This document shows positions 9,520 to 18,803 of a DNA stretch of 64,000 nt, piece by piece. Position numbers and translations under genes: made by a program. The notes under the pieces are model-generated. The model worked only from the letters and a program-made list of their open reading frames with translations, ran no database searches and had not been told where the DNA came from. Each line of letters starts with the position of its first letter. Positions within the stretch are counted from its first letter, which is position 1. Source of the DNA: an uncultured candidate division Zixibacteria bacterium (lineage in GTDB: Bacteria; Zixibacteria; MSB-5A5; UBA10806; 4484-95); NCBI GenBank assembly GCA_963668625.2, contig CAXXKA010000010.1, forward strand, positions 384,001-448,000. Reading direction: 5' to 3'.

Positions 9520-10847
9520 CATTACTGTCCCAACGTTTTGTTTTTGAGTTGCTGTAAGTAGATAACTGGCAAGGGATTTTAGCAAAAAATAGAATTTTTC
9601 GATTTGAACTTGGAAAGCCGATTTAGCCATACTTCCGAGGGGGGAACTCGGAAGGAGATGGCTGATGCATTCAGGCAAGATTCTTTTATCGCAGCTTATG
9701 GACTTTGTCCCGAGATACGAATTTCTCAAATGTGTGGGACGTTACCGGGGCAATTACAAGATCAAAAGCTTTTCCTGCTGGGACCAATATCTTTGCATGG
9801 CTTTTGCTCAGCTTACTTACCGAGAGAGTCTGCGGGATATCGAGGCTTGCCTGAGGGCGGCTCATGTTAAGCTTTATCATATGGGTATCAGAGGCAAAGT
9901 ATCACGCAATACTCTAGCTCATGCCAATGAGGTGAGGGATTATCGCATTTATGAGGATTTTACCAGGACACTTATCAGCACGGCCAGAGGGTTGTATGTT
10001 AACGAGCCTTTCGGAGTGGAATTGGAGCAGACTGTTTATGCTCTCGATTCGACTACCATCGATTTGTGTTTGTCTCTTTTCCCCTGGGCTGAATTCAGGC
10101 GAAGGAAGGGAGCTATAAAGATGCACACTCTTCTGGATTTGCGCGGCAATATACCCAGCATGGTAATTGTTACTCCCGGAAAGGTTCATGATGTAAATAT
10201 CCTGGATAATCTGATGGTGGAAGCCGGCGCGATTTATATTCTGGACAAGGCTTATATAGATTATGCTCGTCTATACGGCATTCACAAATCTCTGGCATTT
10301 TTTGTAACTCGTGCCAAGAAGAACTTCAACTACAGACGCCTTTACTCTCATCCCAAGAATGTAAAAGCCGGAATAAGAAGTGACCAGACGGTTATGCTTA
10401 AAGGTTATTATGCCGGATTAGATTATCCTGAGAAGCTCAGACGCATAAGTTATATTGATCAGATATTGAACAAACGCTTTATCTTTCTGACCAATAACTT
10501 TGATTTACCGGCAATAACAATTGCTGAACTATATCGCTGTCGTTGGCAGGTGGAACTGTTCTTCAAATGGATTAAAAGCCATCTCAGGATAAAGAAGTTT
10601 TTCGGGCTATCAGACAATGCAGTCAAGACTCAGATATGGATAGCAATCAGCATCTATGTGCTGGTAGCGATAGTGAAGAAACGTTTAAATCTTAGAGCGA
10701 GCTTATATCAAATTCTACAGATTTTAAGCGTTACCCTGTTTGAGAAAATCCCTATAGAACAAGCACTTAGCGATATTGATACGGAAGAAATTATAACCGA
10801 AATCCCTAACCAATTGAAACTATTCAACTAACGTTGGGACAGTAGTG
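9520..10847 (+). mobile_element. IS4-family insertion sequence (1328 bp)
   Basis: IRL CATTACTGTCCCAACGTT and IRR AACGTTGGGACAGTAGTG (17/18 match); perfect 9-bp target duplication ATGTTTTAA at 9511-9519 and 10848-10856. Confidence 0.95.
9665..10831 (+). CDS. IS4-family DDE transposase (DUF4372 + DDE_Tnp_1 type)
   Basis: QLTYRESLRDIE, ALDSTTI, LDKAY and YRCRWQVELFFKWIK motifs. Confidence 0.95.
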   Translation: MHSGKILLSQLMDFVPRYEFLKCVGRYRGNYKIKSFSCWDQYLCMAFAQLTYRESLRDIEACLRAAHVKLYHMGIRGKVSRNTLAHANEVRDYRIYEDFTRTLISTARGLYVNEPFGVELEQTVYALDSTTIDLCLSLFPWAEFRRRKGAIKMHTLLDLRGNIPSMVIVTPGKVHDVNILDNLMVEAGAIYILDKAYIDYARLYGIHKSLAFFVTRAKKNFNYRRLYSHPKNVKAGIRSDQTVMLKGYYAGLDYPEKLRRISYIDQILNKRFIFLTNNFDLPAITIAELYRCRWQVELFFKWIKSHLRIKKFFGLSDNAVKTQIWIAISIYVLVAIVKKRLNLRASLYQILQILSVTLFEKIPIEQALSDIDTEEIITEIPNQLKLFN

Positions 10848-10929
10848 ATGTTTTAACTATAAATATTATATTATTTACCTGGTACCCCACTCCATCTACT
10901 GTGGAGTGGGATAGGTTAAATGAGCTAAT

Positions 10930-11715
10930 ATGCCAAACTTGAAACACGGGGTACCTCACCAGAAGGGTGAGTATTATATGCATGCTGATTCGCCAATCAT
11001 AAATAGCAGTGAGGCTTGTAGTCTTACCCACCCTACTGGTGGGCTGCCTGCTGAAACTCGAAATAGAGTAGATGTAGTTGAATCTGTTAAACAACAATCT
11101 AAGGATGCGGCCCTTCAAAAAAAAACAGATTATATAAGAGGATTAATGGAAGCTGCTGCAGATGAAGCGCGAAGTATGGTTAGTGTTGATCAAAGCGAAT
11201 CTGTAAATAGAGAATGGGAAGACATAGCAGATGTATTAGATACATGGGCTAGTATGCCTGATGAGGAGTTAAATAGTTTTGTTACTGTGGTAAATGATAT
11301 GTCTGCTGATGCTCAATTGTTTCCTATATGGAAAGATGATGGTAGCGGGGAATTACAGGAGACTAAACTACTACTTGATAAAGATATATTTTTGGGCAGC
11401 GGTAAAACTGATATAGATAAAATTGGCTTTTTGATTCATGAAGCCGCTCATCAAGTGTTTTATAATAGACATCCAAATTGGAAAGAATACGCTGAAGAAA
11501 ACGGAGAGACTAAAGATAGAGACTTTTTTTATAATTATCATCAGGAAGAATTCGCATATACTAAACAATTTGATTTTATTAGTCAACCATATAATCGTGA
11601 TTTAATAAATTCATTCAGGCGAGTTGCCTATGATTGGTCCAATCCAAGATTAAAACCAGGAATACTTGAATCCCATATTCGTAATTCACTTGCTATTGGC
11701 TTTGGAGGTTACTAA
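10930..11715 (+). CDS. Orphan toxin C-terminal domain with HExxH (paralog of the 7612 C-terminus, RHS core lost)
   Basis: From about 11062 NRVDVVESVKQQS...YIRGLM...SVDQSES aligns with the 7612 protein; GFLIHEAAHQ. The first ~44 codons derive from a hairpin-rich element, so this may be a pseudogene. Confidence 0.65.
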   Translation: MPNLKHGVPHQKGEYYMHADSPIINSSEACSLTHPTGGLPAETRNRVDVVESVKQQSKDAALQKKTDYIRGLMEAAADEARSMVSVDQSESVNREWEDIADVLDTWASMPDEELNSFVTVVNDMSADAQLFPIWKDDGSGELQETKLLLDKDIFLGSGKTDIDKIGFLIHEAAHQVFYNRHPNWKEYAEENGETKDRDFFYNYHQEEFAYTKQFDFISQPYNRDLINSFRRVAYDWSNPRLKPGILESHIRNSLAIGFGGY

Positions 11716-11739
11716 ATACTATATAATAAAGGAGAAACT

Positions 11740-12618
11740 ATGAGATTAATATGCATGTTATTTATTTTCTATTGCGTCTATTTTGCAGATCAAGGAAATT
11801 GTCAGATCGTTAGCAAGTATGATCCAATTTTAGTAAGTTCTAAATTAAATAGTAATCCAAGCTCATATTCTATTGACAGAGTATTCCCAAAGGGTTTACA
11901 TAAAATTATTAATGAAAATAAAATATTCAGTATATATGAAGATTCTGTTAGAGATTCTGGTCCTGAGGAATACGTAACGAGAGAAATTAAGATTCTTGTT
12001 TCAAATAGAACAAATATTCAGATAGATAAGGAATTAAGTATTGTTAGAAAATATTCCTTTATTGATCTGCCAGGATTACATTTATTTGTTTTTGCTGGGG
12101 CTCCATCAACACCTCAAGTAGCTTGTTTATTCAACTCGAGTGACTCATCATTATATTATTTTGGCGATTGCATATTAGAATATTCCAAAATGATGAGTAG
12201 TTATCTGCGTGATATAATTATAAAAGAAGAGTTTCACGATTTGATTCTACTTTATCTTAATTCGCTTAATAATTTTGGCGGATATTATATTGTTGAAGAT
12301 AAAAATGAGTTTATTGATATTTGGAATATCGAAACAAAAAGTATTAGTTTTATTGATAGTTCTGATACTTTAAGCATAATTAAAAGAAAAGAAATTAATG
12401 AAATTTCTGACATATATAAAAAGATAGATGTATTGAAGTTAAATTATAGTAAAAGTATTATTTATCAAGTTACATTAATCACATGGGAAAATAAATATGG
12501 AATGATTGAAAAATGGCAGTTTATAATTTCTGATAAAGCTATTGAGCTTAAATTTAGAAAACCATTGTTTTTAAATAAAGGACCATGGGATGGGCTTCTT
12601 AGAAGCATTTGGGACTAA
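11740..12618 (+). CDS. Secreted putative immunity protein (paralog 2)
   Basis: AAGGAG RBS; signal peptide; LPGL.L, LFNSSDSSLY and TWENKYGMIEKW...KGP shared with the 8587 protein. Confidence 0.6.
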   Translation: MRLICMLFIFYCVYFADQGNCQIVSKYDPILVSSKLNSNPSSYSIDRVFPKGLHKIINENKIFSIYEDSVRDSGPEEYVTREIKILVSNRTNIQIDKELSIVRKYSFIDLPGLHLFVFAGAPSTPQVACLFNSSDSSLYYFGDCILEYSKMMSSYLRDIIIKEEFHDLILLYLNSLNNFGGYYIVEDKNEFIDIWNIETKSISFIDSSDTLSIIKRKEINEISDIYKKIDVLKLNYSKSIIYQVTLITWENKYGMIEKWQFIISDKAIELKFRKPLFLNKGPWDGLLRSIWD

Positions 12619-12683
12619 CAGAAGTGTTAGTATATTGAAAAGAGTATTTAGTTAAGCTGATATTTATTTTCAAGGAGGATTAT

Positions 12684-13145
12684 ATGTTTAAAAGGATGTT
12701 GATTATTGTTTTTATAATAACGATTTTATTAAAAATTGGATATGCAGATAATAATTTATTTCTAAATCAGGAATATTCATCTGATAATATTGAGTTTGAA
12801 TTAAATCTAGTCAATTCAGATACTCTCTTTGGGATGCAAATACCAATTGATCTCGGTTTAAGCAAACTTGGCCTAAGGATTGACTCCGTTTCTTTCGCCG
12901 ATTCACGTATCGAACATTTCTATGAGTATTTTTATACCGAAAATGCTGACAGTAGCGGTATCTTCATATTCATCCTGGATTCAGCCGATCCTGAGATAGA
13001 GTCAACACCGCTGCTGCCGGGATCAGGCAAAATAGCAACAATCTATTTATCTCGTACGCGCGCCCCTATAGCGGATGATCATACAATAAATATAAAGAGC
13101 TGAAAGAACATCGCCGAAGATTAAGTTTCAGTGCCTGGGATCCTA
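12684..13145 (+). pseudogene. Frameshifted cohesin-like secreted protein (copy 1)
   Basis: Core nearly identical to 14099-14611. ORF stops at 13103, but homology continues in another frame (ELKEHRRRLSFSAWDP vs EVRDRKRRLTFDAWDP), implying a 1-nt deletion near 13095. Confidence 0.65.
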
Positions 13146-13297
13146 ACCAAGGCTTAGACCGCGCCAAAAATATTAGGTCTAAAAAGAAAAGAGCACAAAC
13201 CATAGAAAACGTGATGAGACGAAGGCAGTATCAGGATAAGATAGATTACTTTGATGGCGGGAATTTTGTTTTCCCTTACTAGTACTGGGAGGTGCAT

Positions 13298-14098
13298 ATG
13301 ATTTTAAGAATGTTAATAATTATACTGATCCTATCTGTTCCGCTTGCTGGACAAGAATATAGTATCCCAGATTTCAGTCTGTTTGGTTGCCAAAATGATG
13401 AAGATAAAGACAGCCTATTGTATAATTATGTTGTTGTGGAAATCGATTCAATTACAAAAGCTGAAACAATAAGAGGCAATGGAAAAGATTTTCGTGTTAA
13501 GGATTCATTCTCTTTCACTGAATTAAAGTGCATTAAATACTATGAATTTAGAGATGAACATGATTTTCACTACAGGAATATGGAACAATATTATAAAGTA
13601 TTATTCAATGTTTGCGATTCCACTTTATATCCATTTTCTGGTGATGGTTTAAAATTTACTAATGTGATAAAAAGCTACTTACCTGAAATCATAGCCGGAG
13701 GCGAGCAGAAAATATTGAACCTATGCTTTTTGTTTCTACACACAGTCAATCGCGTACCAATAAATTCAATTGATAATTATCAAAAGTTATGGGAGGATAT
13801 CTATGAGGAATATAGTGATTATAATGAGTTATCGGAAGAGGATATCATTGATGATATAGAATCAATAAATAGACTACTGCATCCAACCAGTACGTATACA
13901 ACCAATAGAATAACATACAAAAATAATTTCTTCCGGATTATTATAAAAACATGGGAACCATTTAATGGTGATATTGAATCCTGGACATTATTAGTTTCGA
14001 ATAAGATATTTGAAGTTGAGAATGTTACTAGACGTCTTGAGAGAATGGGGCCATATCAACAAAGACATAGTGATCTAATCATAAGAAAGGAAAATTAG
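13298..14098 (+). CDS. Secreted putative immunity protein (paralog 3)
   Basis: GGAGG RBS before ATG 13298; signal peptide; VLFNVCDSTLYPF and TWEPFNGDIESW...MGP. Confidence 0.6.
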   Translation: MILRMLIIILILSVPLAGQEYSIPDFSLFGCQNDEDKDSLLYNYVVVEIDSITKAETIRGNGKDFRVKDSFSFTELKCIKYYEFRDEHDFHYRNMEQYYKVLFNVCDSTLYPFSGDGLKFTNVIKSYLPEIIAGGEQKILNLCFLFLHTVNRVPINSIDNYQKLWEDIYEEYSDYNELSEEDIIDDIESINRLLHPTSTYTTNRITYKNNFFRIIIKTWEPFNGDIESWTLLVSNKIFEVENVTRRLERMGPYQQRHSDLIIRKEN

Positions 14099-14611
14099 AT
14101 GGTTAGGTTTATTGCACTTTATATTATAATCCTGAATATATGTGTTTTGGGTGAAAATAATATATCAAGTCAGTTTAATGCTTCAGGAAATAATATCCAA
14201 ATTGAATTGAACCTAGTCAATTCAGATACCCTTTCTGGGATGCAAATACCAGTAGACCTTGGTTTAAGTAAGCTCGGCTTGAGAATTGACTCCGTTTCTT
14301 TCGCCGATTCACGTATCGAACATTTCTATGAGTATTTTTATACCGAAAATGCTGACAGTAGCGGTATCTTCATATTCATCCTGGATTCAGCCGATCCTGA
14401 GATCGAATCAACACCGCTGCTGCCAGGATCAGGTAAGATTGCAACTATCTATTTATCTTGCACGCGTGATCCTAGGGTAGATAGTCACTCCCTTGGCATT
14501 AAAGAGGTAAGAGACCGTAAACGAAGGCTAACCTTCGATGCTTGGGATCCAACAGGTAATCCAGTCGAAATAGAGTTAACGCCACTGAGACTTGATGTTA
14601 GGCGGGAGTAA
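14099..14611 (+). CDS. Small secreted cohesin-like beta-sandwich protein (copy 2)
   Basis: Signal peptide; LNLVNSDTLSGMQIP...IDSVSFADSR...LLPGSGKIATIY resembles cohesin-like modules; abuts the upstream stop. Fold assigned by pattern recall only. Confidence 0.5.
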   Translation: MVRFIALYIIILNICVLGENNISSQFNASGNNIQIELNLVNSDTLSGMQIPVDLGLSKLGLRIDSVSFADSRIEHFYEYFYTENADSSGIFIFILDSADPEIESTPLLPGSGKIATIYLSCTRDPRVDSHSLGIKEVRDRKRRLTFDAWDPTGNPVEIELTPLRLDVRRE

Positions 14612-14688
14612 GTAAATGATAAAAGAGTGTATTCTTGCTATGATGGCATATACTTTAAAATAAGCATGTTAGTATAAATGAGTTGATA

Positions 14689-14854
14689 TTTTCTAACGAG
14701 TTTCTAACAATTAACTTCATGGAACTCAACGAAACTCGGCACAACTCGATAGAACTGAATGCAACTAAACGATTGAAAATCAGAGGATTGAGCGCAATTT
14801 ATTAGTATGCAACAAATTAGCTTAAACTGCCAGCGTCGAATCCCTGTCTCTCCG
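14689..14854 (+). mobile_element. attR-like site 1 (tRNA-Ser 3'-end duplication with arm, phased and IHF-like sites)
   Basis: TCGAATCCCTGTCTCTCCG at 14836-14854 is identical to tRNA 7545-7563. Upstream are TTTCTAAC direct repeats, five 10-bp units containing AACT (14721-14770) and AATCAGAGGATTG (WATCARN4TTR, 14778-14790). Confidence 0.85.
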
Positions 14855-15120
14855 GTTAGTATCCCCTCATTTCTATTTTAAGTTATCTTTCAAAACTTTT
14901 GTAAAGACCAGTTATAATTTAGCGGCATTTTTCTTTCTATAATCTGATGGATTTTTCAATCATTCAATTACTATAGAAGCTATAGCCTCCTGCTGCCTAA
15001 TAGAGAGGGCGTAAAAGCAGATTTCTAGCCGTCATTGTTAATGTAATAATAAAATATTGGATTATGACATAGAGATAAAATGATGTAACAGAATGCCAAT
15101 CAATATGTTATATTTTTGGC

Positions 15121-15177
15121 TTGACATAAATGGAAGAAGATGTATCTTAGTATTGCAACTACCAATGGTGGTTGCAA
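15121..15177 (+). promoter_or_regulatory. Promoter and palindromic operator of trmB-1
   Basis: TTGACA-16-TATCTT; inverted repeat TTGCAACTACCA-A-TGGTGGTTGCAA at 15153-15177. Confidence 0.6.
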
Positions 15178-15225
15178 AAAACATAGGGCTGCTGATTGTA
15201 CAGGTTGAATTGAAAAGAGGGTATA

Positions 15226-16128
15226 TTGACTGAAATACTTGAGAAGATAAAAAAACTTGGGTTGAACAGTTATGAAGCTAAAGTTTATTTAGCTCTATTA
15301 GAGCGCGAAGCATTAACTGTCAGCGAAATATCTAATATCTCGGGAGTTCCCAGGGGGCGAATATATGATACTCTTGACTCTTTAATGATCGCGGGATTAA
15401 CCACTTTAAAGCCGGGAACACTTAAGAAATATAGTGCAGCCAGTCCCGAGGTGCTTCAAAGTTTGCTTGAACAGAGAATCAAATCACAATTCGAAGAGCA
15501 AAATGAACGATTGTCAAGTGCGGTACTGGTCCTAAAGAAAACGTATGAAATCGCTCGTGAAAACAGATTGAAGAATTCCAGCCCGCTGGACTATATTGAA
15601 GTTCTTAGAAATCGTATACAGATTCATCATAAATATCTGGAGTTATTCTCTAGAGCCCAACATGAAGTATTGTCATTTACCAAACCGCCATTCGCGTTCG
15701 CTAATGATCGGCAATTAGATGAACAATATAAAGTTCAGCTTGATGCGGTTAAGAAGAAAGTCAGAATTAGGACTATTGTTGAACTGCCACCAAAAGATAA
15801 ACTAGAAGAATTTTACAGTGAGATATTCGCGCCTGAGAATAAAATAGACGCACCCTTAGATCAGCATGAGATCAGGGTCTTCGATGAATTACCGGTAAAG
15901 ATGTTCGTGTTTGATGGTAAAACCTGTTTCTTTACTCTTGAGGATCCTATTAAAGGAAAAACATCCTTAACGATGCTTGTCACCGACCATGTAGCTATGG
16001 CAAAGAGTTTTAGATTCTTATTCGAGTCATTCTGGGAAAAATCAAGGCATTACTTAATTATCAATGGTGAGCAACGCTATATTTATTCTGAAGAGGAATT
16101 AAAGGGCAGGAAGAGCGGTAAATCATGA
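15226..16128 (+). CDS. TrmB-family transcriptional regulator (copy 1)
   Basis: LGLNSYEAKVYLALL...SEISNISGVPRGRIYDTL winged HTH; C-terminal PLD-like effector domain (LPVKMFVFD...FESFWEKS). Confidence 0.9.
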   Translation: MTEILEKIKKLGLNSYEAKVYLALLEREALTVSEISNISGVPRGRIYDTLDSLMIAGLTTLKPGTLKKYSAASPEVLQSLLEQRIKSQFEEQNERLSSAVLVLKKTYEIARENRLKNSSPLDYIEVLRNRIQIHHKYLELFSRAQHEVLSFTKPPFAFANDRQLDEQYKVQLDAVKKKVRIRTIVELPPKDKLEEFYSEIFAPENKIDAPLDQHEIRVFDELPVKMFVFDGKTCFFTLEDPIKGKTSLTMLVTDHVAMAKSFRFLFESFWEKSRHYLIINGEQRYIYSEEELKGRKSGKS

Positions 16129-16189
16129 GAGTATATAAAATAAAACGAGCAACTAATAAACTCTTAGATAATGTTAGCAGGAGGTTGAT

Positions 16190-18543
16190 TTGAAAAAGTC
16201 AATAGTATTTTCCTTAGCTCTGGTATCTATTTTAGCGATAGCCAGTAGCGCTTCTGAAAACTCGAGCATACAGAAATCAATGTCGGAGGTAAAGGATACG
16301 ATAATTTATTTGCAGGGAGACTCGTCGGATATCCCTATGATGTTGCATAAAGAGCGTGAATTCATAACCCTAAGTCCGTATCACTCACAATCATCATCAC
16401 CGCAAGATAATGGCTTAACTCTTGATGTGCCGCCTAATGATGACTGCGCGAACGCTCAGGAGATAGGAGAGGTAGATCACCTGTCAGCGTCCACTAGAGA
16501 AGCTACTACCGATGGAGGAGACTTTTCCACAAATCCTAATATCTGGTATCTTTACACGCCTTCGGCGACCGACAGGATGAGGGCTTTTATCGGTTTTGAT
16601 GAGAACGACCATGAAGGTGGTGGCGGAAAAATTACTATTTATAGCGGTAGTTCTTGTCCAGAGCCAGCCGGTATTCCCCAGCCATCGAGTCTACAGGGCG
16701 GTGAGATTATTGAAAGCGCGGTACCTGTCTCCGACCAGCTACCGGTAGCGCACTATGGAAGTTTAGACGGGTATGTTCGTGATTACCATGATTATTCGTG
16801 TGGCTTAGAGCACAGTTTCGTGGGTCCTGACGCTGTTTATTCATACACGCCCCAGTCCGATAAAGTAATCGATATTGTCCTCGGAGAAATAGATGGCGAT
16901 GTTAACCTTGTAGTAATGGATGAGGATAGTAACGAATTGGCCTGCGGCAACTGTCATAGATATGAAAACTCTGAAGATAATATTAGCGGGCCGGCTATAC
17001 TTAATTTTCCCGTTACAGCCGGAGAGACATATTATCTGGTTCTATCAGGAAATTATACAGATGTGTTCTACAATTATATGTTCGCTATTTTCGAACCTGG
17101 TTATGAAATAGTAGACATGAGCCTTGGATTTCGTTTCACTGGCGCCTGGGTTGATTTTTTATGCTATCGCAGGAAATCAGTACCTTATAGAGGTAAGCTA
17201 TGAACACCCTTTTGAGAGTTCTTTCCTAACAATTGAACCTATTCCTGATCCTCCAGTTAATGATGTTTGCGAAAATGCCCAGGATGGCGGTGTGGCTTCG
17301 AGAATTTGAGACCATACAATTCACCGGAGATAATACAGCGGCGACTATGACAGTTCCTTTTATTATGCCTTACCCTGAAGTGTGGGTTAAGTTTACTCTT
17401 GAGGATACACTTACTATTTTAATGGATTATTGTGGCAATACATCAATTGGTGATTACATTGTCCAATCGTTTGTCATGACTCAAGACTGCCCGTTTCATT
17501 CGGAGGGCTGGTATTTTGGTGATTCCCCGTTTGATATTCTCTTTTTGCCCAAATATGTCAATGTTGGTATGGTGGGATGACCTACCTCCCGGTACTTACT
17601 ACTATCCTATGCTTGTTCATAATGATTACGAAGGGTACTATTCGATTAACATTACCGCGATGAGCAGTCAGGAGTGTAAAGAGGATGTCTTGTTTGGTCA
17701 GAGCCCTACAAGTTTGCGAAATCCTATTAGCGATAATTACTATTATTCTGATTACGAGGTTGGCTTTGCCTGCGTAGATAAATTTGAGGATGTTACCGGT
17801 CCTATCAACGAGATAAACTGGTGGGGAATTTCTGCAGATCCCTCCGAGGAAGAAAATCCATAATTGCGATCCCGAAGAACCATATACATTCCAAATAGTA
17901 TTCTTGCAACTTGAATCAGACCTCGCCTTACCTGCCGGGAGATACTGCTGCTGTTTACGATGTAAATCCCGAAATTACTGAAACCGGATTTAAACTTAAC
18001 AACTATACTATTAACGAGATTCCTCAAAGGAAGTATACAGCAGTTTTACCAGATCCAGTTGAAATGGAAACCGGCTGGATAATGATTCGCGGTAATGATG
18101 GCATCAATAATTGCGCTTTTGCCTGGCAAAACTCTTCGGCCAATTTTGAAAATGGCCTTATTTTCGATGCTATAGAAAATAGCTGGTCTCGTACTGATGA
18201 AAGCTATGCTTTCTGCCTGGGAGAGGGCCAGGTTGGCATTGATGATGAATCAGAGGAAACACCATCTAATTATGAACTGATCTGGAACTACCCCAATCCG
18301 TTTAACGCTACGACCTCTATACAATTTTCATTAAAACATTCAGACGATGTCACATTATCAATATACGATATAGGAGGCCGCTTGATAAAGTCAGTGTACG
18401 ATGGTTCTCTTTCCGCCGGCTTACATAGTGTTATTTGGGATGGCTCAAACCAATCAGGTGAAACAGCATCCTCAGGTATCTATTTCTATAGATTACAGAC
18501 CTCCGACGAGGTACACGTTAACAGAATGATATTATTGAAATAA
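16190..18543 (+). pseudogene. Multiply disrupted secreted Cys-rich protein with YPNPFN sorting domain (paralog of 47012-49288)
   Basis: ORFs 16190-17203, 17124-17309, 17233-17580, 17516-17863 and 17911-18543 match consecutive segments of the 47012 protein (PPNDDC, ILNFPVTAGETYY, QYLIE, PEVWV, LFGQ.P, WWG, IRGN, AFCL, YPNPFN); at least 4 breaks. Confidence 0.8.
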
Positions 18544-18616
18544 ACAGTAAACAGACATAATTAAGGATAAGAATCAATTTTGAAAAAAGATCAATCTTTA
18601 ACTCACAAGAATCAGA

Positions 18617-18728
18617 AATCAGGGAAGAAAAATGGCTGTTCGGCCCAATCCGAACAGCCTGAAAACAGAATTTCGGATTTAACACCCGATTCGCAGGAAA
18701 AATTAAATGATCAAACGAGAAAAAGCAA
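18617..18728 (-). ncRNA. Putative antisense small RNA A with its own promoter
   Basis: Minus-strand TTGCTT-17-TAATTT (18728-18700); hairpins at 18673-18689 and 18634-18659 followed by a U-rich run; homologous to copies B and C. Confidence 0.5.
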
Positions 18729-18803
18729 ACGTATTATGTTCCCGATCCACTGATAGTCGGATTTCTGAAGGTCGCTTATAACGTTTGCGGAGGAAATTGA
18801 AGT

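Noticed and set aside
14721-14770. 10-bp periodic repeats as a mini-CRISPR or replication iterons
   Set aside because: Too short, no spacers and no rep gene; position next to an att core and IHF-like site fits recombination accessory sites.
18617-18700. c-di-GMP or other known riboswitch in the dockerin gene leaders
   Set aside because: Hallmark conserved nucleotides were not seen by eye; the minus-strand promoter and terminator fit an antisense RNA better. An Rfam scan is still needed.
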